This document shows positions 49,778 through 58,798 of a stretch of 64,000 bases of DNA, in pieces. This stretch comes from Candidatus Levyibacteriota bacterium (GTDB taxonomy: Bacteria; Patescibacteriota; Microgenomatia; Levybacterales; UBA12049): assembly GCA_963790825.1 (NCBI GenBank), contig CAWBPM010000002.1:551159-615158 (forward strand), written 5' to 3'. Position 1 is the stretch's first letter; each line of letters opens with the position of its first letter. The notes beneath the pieces were generated by a model that had not been told where the DNA came from, made no database searches, and saw nothing but the letters and a program-made list of their open reading frames with translations. Both the position numbers and the translations under genes were made by a program.

Positions 49778-52027
49778 ATGCCCGAAATTCAAAAAAAATT
49801 ATGGAGATATTTCCTGATCGTTAAACATTCTAGTCTGATTAAATTAGGACTAATTTTACAAAATCCCAAAGTGCAGTTTTTATTCAAACATCCAAAACGG
49901 ACACTTCTGTACGTTTTTTTAGTTCTGTTTATTATTATTCTGTTAATACCGGTTATCACGTATATCATTTTTGCTTCCGATCTTCAGGATAAAGACCGGA
50001 TTATTAATACTAATAACACCGGATTGACACTTCTTGATCAGGATGGCAAGCCCTTTTTTGAATTTAATCACCCGAAATCAATTACCTATGTTCCCATCGC
50101 TAATATTCCTCAAGCTCTGCAAAATGCCGTTATCTCCTCGGAGGATCGAAATTTTTATACCAATCAGGGTTTTTCGCTGCAGGGAATTTTCCGTGCTTTT
50201 TTTGTTGATATTTTCAGCGGATCCATTCAGCAGGGCGGCTCTACCATTACTCAGGAATTGGTCAAAAATTCTCTTCTGAATTCAAGCAGAAATTTCCTGC
50301 GCAAATACCAGGAGGTAGTTCTCGCATATGAACTCAACCGGCGTTATAGTAAAAAAGACATTCTGGAAATGTATATGAATTCTGTTTATTTCGGTGAAGG
50401 CGCATTCGGCATTGAAAATGCTGCAGAAGCGTACTTTAGTAAGCCGACAGGTAGTCTCGATCTGGCACAGTCAGCGCTTTTGGCCGGAATCCTTCCGGCC
50501 CCATCAAGTCTTTCTCCGCTTGTCAACCTGTCCGGTGCGCAAAAGGAGCAGCGTCTCGTTCTTGATCAAATGGTCGCGCAAAAATATATTACCGAGGAGC
50601 AGGCAAAGAAAGCCGAGAGTGAAAAACTGGTTTTTAAACCTAAAAAAGAAGATATAAATTTACTTGCTCCCCATTTCGCGTTAATGGTGGAAAATGAATT
50701 AATCAAAAAATACGGCGAAGAGTATGTTCTCCGTTCCGGATTAATAGTAAAGACTACATTAAATAGTACCTGGCAGGCTTACGCCGAGCAAACCGTTCAG
50801 AGTCAAGTCCTGCGCCTTGCTGTAGATAAAGTTACCAATGGCGCCGTTGTCGTAATGGATCCAAGAACTGGTGAAATAGAAGCGCTTGTGGGAAGTCACG
50901 ATTGGAATGATCCGAAAAACGGCAAAATTAATATGGCTGTATCTCCCAGGCAGCCCGGATCATCATTTAAACCTATTATTTATGCGTACGGTTTAAGTCA
51001 GCATTTGATTACTCCGGCATCAATTCTCCAAGACGTACAGACGACATTTCCCGGGGAATATAAACCGCATGATTATGATTATAAATATCGTGGACCGGTT
51101 ACCGTCAGGAGGGCTTTGGCAAATTCGTTAAATATTCCGGCGGTTGAACTGATGCAGGAAGTAGGGGTAGCAAATGGAGTTAATTTCGCTCAGAAAATGG
51201 GGATCACAACACTGAGCGACCCGAGCCATTATGGTCTCTCGTATGTTTTAGGTGCTGCCGAAGTTCCTTTAGTTGAGATGACAAATGTCTACGCGACATT
51301 TGCCAATCACGGCATGCTTGATCCCCCCACTGATATTTTGGAAATTCAAGATAAATATAATAAAGTTATTTACACGTATACGCCTAACCCGAAGCAGGTT
51401 GTTGGGGAAGACGTCTCCTATCTGATTTCCTCAATTCTCTCTGATAATAATGCACGGGCTGAAGAATTTGACGGAGCCCTAACGATAAACTTCCCGGCTG
51501 CAGTAAAAACAGGAACGACCGAGGATTTTCGTGATGCTTTAACTTTTGGTTATACCCCGGATCTCACAGTCGGAGTTTGGGTGGGAAATAATGATAATAG
51601 CCCAATGGATAATATCGCCGGTTCTCTGGGAGCAGCACCGATTTGGCGTCTCTTAATGGATAAATTCGCACTTGACCTGACCCGAGAACTATTTACGCAG
51701 CCGTCATCTGTGGTTAAATCTCAAGTTTGTATTACAACAACTATTAACAATGTTGCGACGACTTCTGCTTACATGGAGTATTTTCTTTCGGGTACTCAAC
51801 CGAAAAATTCCTGTATTTCTCCGACTCCCACACCTAAACCTACGACTAAGCCCTCAGATACACCTGCTCCAATTCAGCCAAGCGAGTCTGCTCCAACCGA
51901 TACTCCAACTAATACCCCGCAATTCACACCTACTTTAGAAGTTCCTATAAATACTCCGTCTCCGACTGAAACACCGGCAACTCCAACAACTCCGGTAACT
52001 TCGACAATAGCTCTTCCTACTCCGTAA
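49778..52027 (+). CDS. class A penicillin-binding protein (transglycosylase/transpeptidase) with a Thr/Pro-rich C-terminal tail
   Basis: GT51 motif EDRNFYTNQG. Transpeptidase motifs SSFKP and KTGTT. Confidence 0.9.
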   Translation: MPEIQKKLWRYFLIVKHSSLIKLGLILQNPKVQFLFKHPKRTLLYVFLVLFIIILLIPVITYIIFASDLQDKDRIINTNNTGLTLLDQDGKPFFEFNHPKSITYVPIANIPQALQNAVISSEDRNFYTNQGFSLQGIFRAFFVDIFSGSIQQGGSTITQELVKNSLLNSSRNFLRKYQEVVLAYELNRRYSKKDILEMYMNSVYFGEGAFGIENAAEAYFSKPTGSLDLAQSALLAGILPAPSSLSPLVNLSGAQKEQRLVLDQMVAQKYITEEQAKKAESEKLVFKPKKEDINLLAPHFALMVENELIKKYGEEYVLRSGLIVKTTLNSTWQAYAEQTVQSQVLRLAVDKVTNGAVVVMDPRTGEIEALVGSHDWNDPKNGKINMAVSPRQPGSSFKPIIYAYGLSQHLITPASILQDVQTTFPGEYKPHDYDYKYRGPVTVRRALANSLNIPAVELMQEVGVANGVNFAQKMGITTLSDPSHYGLSYVLGAAEVPLVEMTNVYATFANHGMLDPPTDILEIQDKYNKVIYTYTPNPKQVVGEDVSYLISSILSDNNARAEEFDGALTINFPAAVKTGTTEDFRDALTFGYTPDLTVGVWVGNNDNSPMDNIAGSLGAAPIWRLLMDKFALDLTRELFTQPSSVVKSQVCITTTINNVATTSAYMEYFLSGTQPKNSCISPTPTPKPTTKPSDTPAPIQPSESAPTDTPTNTPQFTPTLEVPINTPSPTETPATPTTPVTSTIALPTP

Positions 52028-52073
52028 ATCTTACTACGCAATAGTGCAATAATACTCCTAGAAAAACGAATGG

Positions 52074-52739
52074 CTATATCATCGAAAAGCGATTGGAATG
52101 TTTTAATTCATTCGCTTTACGCAAAATATGGATAACCTCTCCGTCAGTTACTTGCGGGAAGTTGTCATACCACATCCCGACCGCCTGGAATACATACGGA
52201 ACGGCAAGACATACTGCTTCATCAACTTCTCTACCAATTAAGGAGATCGTACTTTCTTCGCCAACCGGTACTGCAACAACTATTTTTTTTGGCTGAAATT
52301 TTTTGACCAGAGATATGGCGACGCGCATGCTGGCACCGGTTGCCAAACCGTCATCAACCAGAATTACTGTTTTTTTTCTGATAGAAATCATACGTTTATT
52401 CTTGCGATATAAATTTATCCGCCTTCTCAGCTCTTTTTGCTCGGCGAGAATAATTTCTTTAATTTTTGCAGAAGTTACCATCGGATAATCGCTAAACGGG
52501 GTGTTAAGCACAAGTTCGTTTCCTTCTGCAATAGCACCAATTCCTGTTTCGTTTTTATGCGGATAACCGAGTTTACGAACAATAACGATATCTAACTTTC
52601 CACCAAGAATCTTGGCTATTTCAAATCCTACCGGAACACCACCTCTGGGAAGCGCTAAAATAATCGGATTATTTTCTTTATAGCGAAGAAGTACGTTTCC
52701 TAATTTTTTTCCTGCCTCTTGCCGGTCTTTAAAAATCAT
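52074..52739 (-). CDS. predicted phosphoribosyltransferase
   Basis: PRPP-binding motif VILVDDGLATGASM. Confidence 0.75.
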   Translation of the reverse strand: MIFKDRQEAGKKLGNVLLRYKENNPIILALPRGGVPVGFEIAKILGGKLDIVIVRKLGYPHKNETGIGAIAEGNELVLNTPFSDYPMVTSAKIKEIILAEQKELRRRINLYRKNKRMISIRKKTVILVDDGLATGASMRVAISLVKKFQPKKIVVAVPVGEESTISLIGREVDEAVCLAVPYVFQAVGMWYDNFPQVTDGEVIHILRKANELKHSNRFSMI

Positions 52740-52932
52740 AGTCCCGATTCCTTTTCAATCCCTTCTCTTAGCTCGCAGCACATTTAGCACATTTTTATCT
52801 TACCCGCAATCAGATTACTCACATTTCCCCCTGGTGTCAAGCATTCAACTAAAATATTTAATGCCACGGCTATACGTTGTGAAATTATGAATTGGGCAAA
52901 CCTAGGGTAGAGGTATTTTATATGATCAGAAT

Positions 52933-53691
52933 TTAATTTCCCAACATTGGTACATCCCGAAAACCGTCCCATAAATCCGATAAGGGCCTTTTGTTGCCAT
53001 TTTTCTTCGCTTCTCCCTCTTTTTTAATAATTAATTCCTGAATTGCGTCATAGTCACGTTTGTCGTGCTTTGGATCATAACGACGGGCTAAAGCGGTCAG
53101 AAAGTATAAATCCAAATGAGCCAGATTTCCGGTTTCATCTACTCTGCCTAAGGCATCAACATGTGGAGATTTATCATATTTATACCACCTTGGATCCTGG
53201 AAAACTATCTCCCGTAGACCTGCTCCTTTGGTAATTCTTTTGTGGGTCATTCTTCCAACTCGTCCATTACCATCAGGCAGCGGATGAAGTCTCTCAAAGA
53301 TATAATATGCTTTCGATGCATTTTCTACAACTTTATCTACATTCTCTCCTTCAAAAGTTTTTGGAGTCTCCCGAAGCATACCATCAACCAGATCACAATA
53401 TTTACCGACCAATAAACCGACATGGGTACCTGGCACGCAAAAATTTCTAGGCTGACTTGAAATTCTGATATCTGTCGTTCTCGTAATCTTGTGCATACTC
53501 GGAGCATCAGGATCATCCGGTGATACTGCTTCACCATGAAAAAGTGCTGTATAAAGCATGGGGATTGCTTTATATGAAGACCATTCTGAATGAACCCATT
53601 TGTCTACATATTTTTGACACGTGTGAATCCTGCTGATTTTCTCCTTAGCAGTTAATTCTTGTGGGGAAAGACTTTTAGGTACTTCTTTCAT
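52933..53691 (-). CDS. Fic/DOC-family protein
   Basis: Fic motif HPLPDGNGRVGR. Confidence 0.8.
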   Translation of the reverse strand: MKEVPKSLSPQELTAKEKISRIHTCQKYVDKWVHSEWSSYKAIPMLYTALFHGEAVSPDDPDAPSMHKITRTTDIRISSQPRNFCVPGTHVGLLVGKYCDLVDGMLRETPKTFEGENVDKVVENASKAYYIFERLHPLPDGNGRVGRMTHKRITKGAGLREIVFQDPRWYKYDKSPHVDALGRVDETGNLAHLDLYFLTALARRYDPKHDKRDYDAIQELIIKKEGEAKKNGNKRPLSDLWDGFRDVPMLGN

Positions 53692-53981
53692 GCTGATCGC
53701 TCATTCCATGGTAAATTAAAATAGCTCATAATTATCCTCGTATCTTTTTGCGGAAGACCTTCCTCCCACAAATGCTCAGCCAGTGCGCGTATCCTTTCAG
53801 GATCTTGACGAACTGCCTTATATCTATCAATTTCGAGAAATTCACTTGAAATACCTGATATTTCGCCTCGTAATTCTTCGCTGTAACCACCCATTTTCTT
53901 ATCGAGCCGATACCTTTTTCTAGCAATTTCCCTTTCAGAAATTAATCCACGTCTTATCGGACTGGAATTTTCTACATTCAT
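53688..53981 (-). CDS. small protein translationally coupled upstream of fic (possible antitoxin or regulator)
   Basis: 97-aa ORF. ATGA overlap with the Fic start. Confidence 0.45.
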   Translation of the reverse strand: MNVENSSPIRRGLISEREIARKRYRLDKKMGGYSEELRGEISGISSEFLEIDRYKAVRQDPERIRALAEHLWEEGLPQKDTRIIMSYFNLPWNERSA

Positions 53982-54021
53982 AACCTTATTTTACTATATT
54001 TATAAGCTTAAGGCAAATATT

Positions 54022-55082
54022 TGTCCTGGCCACCTAGATGCCGTACACTTCTCCTTTCTGCTGTAGCAGCTTAACATACTCTGCCGGTTTTTGATAGCCA
54101 AGAGACCTATGGTATCGCTCATAGTTGTATTTATGGGTGAATAATCGACAATGTTCTCGTATCCCTTCAAGTCCTGGAATGAGATCCTGATAATTAAGAT
54201 ACTCATACTCCACTGTTTGATGTAATCTCTCTACTCTCCCGTTTTGCTTTGGACAATGAGGATCAGTAAAGTAATGGGGAATTCCCCAGCTCTTAATCTC
54301 CTTGTGAAAATTAAGAAGATACTCACTACCATTGTCTGTATTAATTGCCTGTATTGGAAACGGAAAATATTCCTTTACTCGTTTAATGAAGTCCTGGGCA
54401 GATGCAGAGGAAATAGTAGTATAAGCATAAGTGAATGCAAATCGACTCTTGCAGTCAATCGCTGAAAAGAGAAAGTAACGATCCCCTAAAACAGAAAAGT
54501 ATTTTGTATCAACTTGTACGAGTGATCCCAGGCTTCCTTCACGGAGCTCTCTGGCTGCTTTGACTCGAGCAATCATATGATGATGACTTCTTATCCTCTT
54601 CTTGTGCTGCGAGTTACGTAACTCCGGATATTTATTCATAACCTTTTGAATTGTGTTATATCCTAAGATAATACCCTGTTCTTTTAATTCTGCCTGTATC
54701 TCGTATTTTGATTTCTCCTTATCCTTCTCTCGTATCGCACACACGAGATCTTGTACTTTTTTTGGTGTTGTCATTCTGCGGACGTTCCTCGGACGCCTGG
54801 AGCTCGTATCATCTTCTAGTGTCTGTAGTTGTCGTGGATTAAATCGTTTCTTCCAACGGTAAAAGGTATCCCGAGAAATACCAAAGTATCGACAGGTTAA
54901 CGAAGCGTTTTTGTCATGAGAAAGATAGTAGTCAAACCAGGCTAATCGTCTCATCCCGTCTTTTGATAAATTACTGGTTGCTACTTGTATCTTGGGAAAT
55001 CGTTTATACGCTCGCATGTACGAGCCATTGTACAGTCCTTTCATCAAACTTCAACTGTACGGTATGTATCGTGGCCTAGACA
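54022..55082 (-). mobile_element. IS481-family insertion sequence (copy 2) with a 5-bp ATATT target duplication
   Basis: Inverted repeats tgtcctggccac...ccgtacac on the left and gtacggtatgtatcgtggcctagaca on the right. ATATT flanks both ends. Confidence 0.7.
54034..55047 (-). CDS. IS481-family DDE transposase
   Basis: INTDNGSEY...KQNGRVER...YNYERYHRSL integrase-core signature. Divergent from copy 1. Confidence 0.85.
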   Translation of the reverse strand: MMKGLYNGSYMRAYKRFPKIQVATSNLSKDGMRRLAWFDYYLSHDKNASLTCRYFGISRDTFYRWKKRFNPRQLQTLEDDTSSRRPRNVRRMTTPKKVQDLVCAIREKDKEKSKYEIQAELKEQGIILGYNTIQKVMNKYPELRNSQHKKRIRSHHHMIARVKAARELREGSLGSLVQVDTKYFSVLGDRYFLFSAIDCKSRFAFTYAYTTISSASAQDFIKRVKEYFPFPIQAINTDNGSEYLLNFHKEIKSWGIPHYFTDPHCPKQNGRVERLHQTVEYEYLNYQDLIPGLEGIREHCRLFTHKYNYERYHRSLGYQKPAEYVKLLQQKGEVYGI

Positions 55083-55147
55083 ATATTCTATGTTAAACAG
55101 GCAAAAAAAGGTTGTATAGAGATTGTTTTTGAGGATTTGCTTATTTT

Positions 55148-55531
55148 TTATTCCGCTACGGGCGTTGATTCCATCATGCAAAACGTATTTCCCTCCGTAT
55201 CTTTGGCGTAGCTTATCCAGCCTACCTCAGGAATTTCTTGTTTTTGACTAACAATAGCTCCACCCGCTTGAGTTACTCTTTCAATATAGGAATCCAGATT
55301 ATCGACATCAATTGTGCAAATATATGCATTTGCCTGTCCCTGAGGCGCAGGATTTGCTCTTCGTATAATCGCGCCGTTTATACCCGGATTCTCGTCTGTT
55401 CCGGTTGTCAGAAGCCAGTATTCCTTTGGCCCTTCCCATTTATTAACTATCCAGCCAAAAACACTGGTATAAAATACTACTGCCCGATCCGGATTATCGG
55501 CCGGAATTTCGAAATGTACCACTCGAGGCAT
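55148..55531 (-). CDS. VOC / glyoxalase family protein
   Basis: Starts MPRVVHFEIPADNPDRAVVFY and ends ...GNTFCMME. Typical glyoxalase I-like. Confidence 0.8.
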   Translation of the reverse strand: MPRVVHFEIPADNPDRAVVFYTSVFGWIVNKWEGPKEYWLLTTGTDENPGINGAIIRRANPAPQGQANAYICTIDVDNLDSYIERVTQAGGAIVSQKQEIPEVGWISYAKDTEGNTFCMMESTPVAE

Positions 55532-55607
55532 ACAAGGTAACTATACGAAACAGGATTCTTTTTGTCAATCGCGTACTTGTTGTGTTTCATAGGCTACAAA
55601 TATCTAC

Positions 55608-55635
55608 TTGACACGCCCTATAAACTTTTTATATA
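55608..55635 (+). promoter_or_regulatory. sigma70-like promoter (TTGACA, 16 nt spacer, TATATA)
   Basis: About 30 nt upstream of ATG 55666. Confidence 0.4.
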
Positions 55636-55665
55636 CTGCCTTTGAACTCCTGCCTGGTTAAACCT

Positions 55666-58314
55666 ATGGCAAAAGGTAAAGAAATTGACCCAAAAAATGA
55701 TAACGGCGAACCTCAAGCTCCATCTTATTTTACAGATATAGGCAAAAGTGGTCTAATTCAGGTTACCGGAGATACAACTATTCCTTTCGTAATTCATAAA
55801 AGCCCTGATGTCCAAGGCCATATATTTCTTCCTACTTCTCCTAAAAGATCTACTCGGACACAAGATACATCTTCCGTTTCAATAAGAATAATGAAAGAAC
55901 CACCCAAAGATAGCTCTCATAACGCCGGACTGGATGTTGCAGGTGATATGCCATCATCATTTGAACCAACTCCAACAAATATAAATACGGGATCACCCGA
56001 TAATCCGACTAATGTTTCTCAATCCGTACAACAAGAACCGACAATTGGACACATACGGCAGAGAAGAAGTGCTGCTGCAAAAGATCAGGAACTGGCAGCC
56101 AAAAATCAACAAGCGCAGCAATTAGCGGAAGAGAAAAATAACTTACAGCAAGCTTTAGATAAAAAAAGTCAGGAACTTGCGGATAAAGATACAGAGCATG
56201 CCCGGCAATTACAAGAAGCGGAAAAACAAATGCAGCAGCAGTTAGACAAAAAAGATCAAGAACTAGCTGCGGAAAGAAAAAGAAATAAAGAATTGGAAGA
56301 TAAAATCACCGCGCTGGCACAACAAATTGAGAGTATGAAGTCAGATTTTCAAACTCAATTTAATGATCTGGGTCGCGAAAATAAAATCCTACAGATGATA
56401 GCAAATAATATTGCTCTTGATGATCCTGATGCAAACTTTATTAAAGGCCGTGGATATACCGGTCCATTGAATTTGAAAAATAACCAACCGGGGACGCCGG
56501 TTGCTATTGTTAAACAACCTCCTGTTACTACAAAGCAGGGACCTGCTCCCGATGCAGCGAAAGACCCACTTCAGACCGCCATTGACTTGCGATCTGTTTT
56601 ATTGAAAGCAAAGCGCGGTATAGCTCCTCTCACCGACAAAGACAAACGAATAATTCTTGACGGAGCAACTCCCGACGAATTGGACGCGTTAAAAAAACAA
56701 GGAGTAAGTATGGAACCTAATTATACCCCGGAAGAGATATCTCTCATGAAAACTAATGTAAATAAGTTATCAGAGGGTCAGAAAAGATGGTTGGCTGGTA
56801 AGATAGATATCGGGGAGGCTCAGGCATTAGGTTTAGACCATTATAAAACCGGAGCCAGCCCGCTGACAGGAGTTGTTAAAGATGTTTCTGCTACGCTTAC
56901 AAAAATTGTCGATAATGTTTCCGCAGCTATGCTTAACAAAGCCGACGATCAAACTCCGGGAAAGTGGCGGCAAGGTATTGCCCCGGGTGTAATCGGTGCA
57001 GCTACTGCAATCGGTAAGGTTTTGACTACTGTTGGACTCATTGCTCCGGGCGCAGCCTTTGTTACCGGCACTGCAGCTTCAAGCGCAGGATCACTTTGGC
57101 GAAGAAAGAAGGATAAAGAAACTCCCATGCAGCTACTTAATCGTTATACCCCTGATTTAAATAAGAAAGGGTTTTTGAGAATCAGAAAAGGTTGGGAGTA
57201 TTGGCGGGCAGGAGTAGAGACAAAGATAATCGGAAAAGCAGTTGGTTTGGATATAGCAAGATTAAAAAAGCTTAGGAAGTTGGAGGATGATACGGGAAAA
57301 ATTGTTATTCCTCAAGATTTAACGGAAGAAAAAGCTTCTCAAATAGTTCGTGATGTTCTCTTGTATGAATCTGCTGCCAGGGCTGCGGAAAGTGCCGGAA
57401 TTACTGCAAAATGGCGGGAAAAATCCAGGCAGGAAATGGCAGCTGCTCGCGGTACAGACGGGACAAAACTACTAAAGGCTGCTGAGGATATTTATAATGC
57501 TAAAATTCAGACTAAACCTAACGGTTTACAGGAATTTCAAGACGAGCTTGTCGCCAGAGCTGAAGGTAAGGGCGATTATTGGAAAGCAGCAACCGGTATA
57601 GCAGTTTGGGCGGGAATAAAATCCAGTGCTGTTTCTGCAGTCGGTGGATACCTGATCCCTTGGGTAGTCGGCGGAGTAAAAGACGTGTTCAGCAGTACGC
57701 CCAAACCAAGTGGCATACCGACAGCGACTGCCGCCCCGACACACCTTGTTTCACAGGAACCAACCGGTACGCTAACATCAATTCATTCCCCCACACCTTT
57801 TGTTTCACCAGAACCAAGCCCTATACTACAGTCAAATGGCGTCATTACTTCCCATTTTGGTCCTGATTTATTATATGGAAAGCCAAACCATTCGTACGAC
57901 TTTACGATCAATGGTCAAGTACATCATGCAAATACAGCAGATCTCGTCATTCAAGGAGTAAAGTATCCTAATGGCAATCCCGACGTTCATAGTATTACCG
58001 GATACGCACAAGGAGAAGTCGCCAGGGCTGTGGGAAAACTCAATCCTAACTTACATATTACCGACGCACAGGGAATTTACCATCCATTTAACCACCAGGA
58101 AGCCTATGCATGGAGTAAATTTGTAAATGGTAACTCGCCGGATGCACAAAAAGCACGCGACCTGGTAGCAGGAATTGCGAAGTGTGTTACTGCTGATAAT
58201 CCGCATACAGGAGACTTTTTACTTGGCAATACAGCTACGTGGTCGCTTTCAAATCTTAGTGGAGTTATAAAACAGGATACTATTTCCCCAAACCTCGTTA
58301 GTTTGCTACAATAA
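55666..58314 (+). CDS. large orphan protein with a coiled coil, two Gly/Ala-rich hydrophobic segments and a distinct C-terminal domain after a Pro/Thr linker
   Basis: Starts at the first ATG (MAKGKEIDP). There is a Gln/Lys/Glu-rich heptad region of about 100 aa. Hydrophobic stretches are GVIGAATAIGKVLTTVGLIAPGAAFVTG and IAVWAGIKSSAVSAVGGYLIPWVVGG. No signal peptide. Confidence 0.6.
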   Translation: MAKGKEIDPKNDNGEPQAPSYFTDIGKSGLIQVTGDTTIPFVIHKSPDVQGHIFLPTSPKRSTRTQDTSSVSIRIMKEPPKDSSHNAGLDVAGDMPSSFEPTPTNINTGSPDNPTNVSQSVQQEPTIGHIRQRRSAAAKDQELAAKNQQAQQLAEEKNNLQQALDKKSQELADKDTEHARQLQEAEKQMQQQLDKKDQELAAERKRNKELEDKITALAQQIESMKSDFQTQFNDLGRENKILQMIANNIALDDPDANFIKGRGYTGPLNLKNNQPGTPVAIVKQPPVTTKQGPAPDAAKDPLQTAIDLRSVLLKAKRGIAPLTDKDKRIILDGATPDELDALKKQGVSMEPNYTPEEISLMKTNVNKLSEGQKRWLAGKIDIGEAQALGLDHYKTGASPLTGVVKDVSATLTKIVDNVSAAMLNKADDQTPGKWRQGIAPGVIGAATAIGKVLTTVGLIAPGAAFVTGTAASSAGSLWRRKKDKETPMQLLNRYTPDLNKKGFLRIRKGWEYWRAGVETKIIGKAVGLDIARLKKLRKLEDDTGKIVIPQDLTEEKASQIVRDVLLYESAARAAESAGITAKWREKSRQEMAAARGTDGTKLLKAAEDIYNAKIQTKPNGLQEFQDELVARAEGKGDYWKAATGIAVWAGIKSSAVSAVGGYLIPWVVGGVKDVFSSTPKPSGIPTATAAPTHLVSQEPTGTLTSIHSPTPFVSPEPSPILQSNGVITSHFGPDLLYGKPNHSYDFTINGQVHHANTADLVIQGVKYPNGNPDVHSITGYAQGEVARAVGKLNPNLHITDAQGIYHPFNHQEAYAWSKFVNGNSPDAQKARDLVAGIAKCVTADNPHTGDFLLGNTATWSLSNLSGVIKQDTISPNLVSLLQ

Positions 58315-58320
58315 GCGTAT

Positions 58321-58779
58321 ATGCTTTCAGATCTGAGAAATTATGAACTCATAAACCTCTTGCTTTTCGAGAATATGCCGCCTGAGGCGCAAAAACATCT
58401 GCTTGAGCAATTTTTCGCTGCCTTGGCCATGTACCTCGCGCAAGAATTGAGTCAGCATTTTCGCGATGAACCAAATGCGGAATTTGACGCGTTAATGAAA
58501 AATCCGGACATTAGCGAAAAAGAAATTGAAGAATATTATAAACGCCACCTGCCAAATATGCAGCAGGAAGTTGATACTAAGATATTGGAATTTAAAAAAA
58601 CTTGTCTTTTGAAAATCTACGAGCATAAACTGCAGTCTCTTAAAGACCTGATAACAAAAAAGCAGGTGTCTCTCAGCGAAAACCAAACCGTAATTCCCAT
58701 ATGGGAAGAGATTGTGAAATATACTCGGGAGAATAATTGGGAAAGAGTTTCAGGGCTCTTAAAAACTATTAACCATTAA
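58321..58779 (+). CDS. hypothetical protein 7 bp downstream of the large protein (candidate immunity or chaperone partner)
   Basis: 152-aa acidic helical ORF. Confidence 0.5.
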   Translation: MLSDLRNYELINLLLFENMPPEAQKHLLEQFFAALAMYLAQELSQHFRDEPNAEFDALMKNPDISEKEIEEYYKRHLPNMQQEVDTKILEFKKTCLLKIYEHKLQSLKDLITKKQVSLSENQTVIPIWEEIVKYTRENNWERVSGLLKTINH

Positions 58780-58798
58780 CTAATAACCAATAACTACG

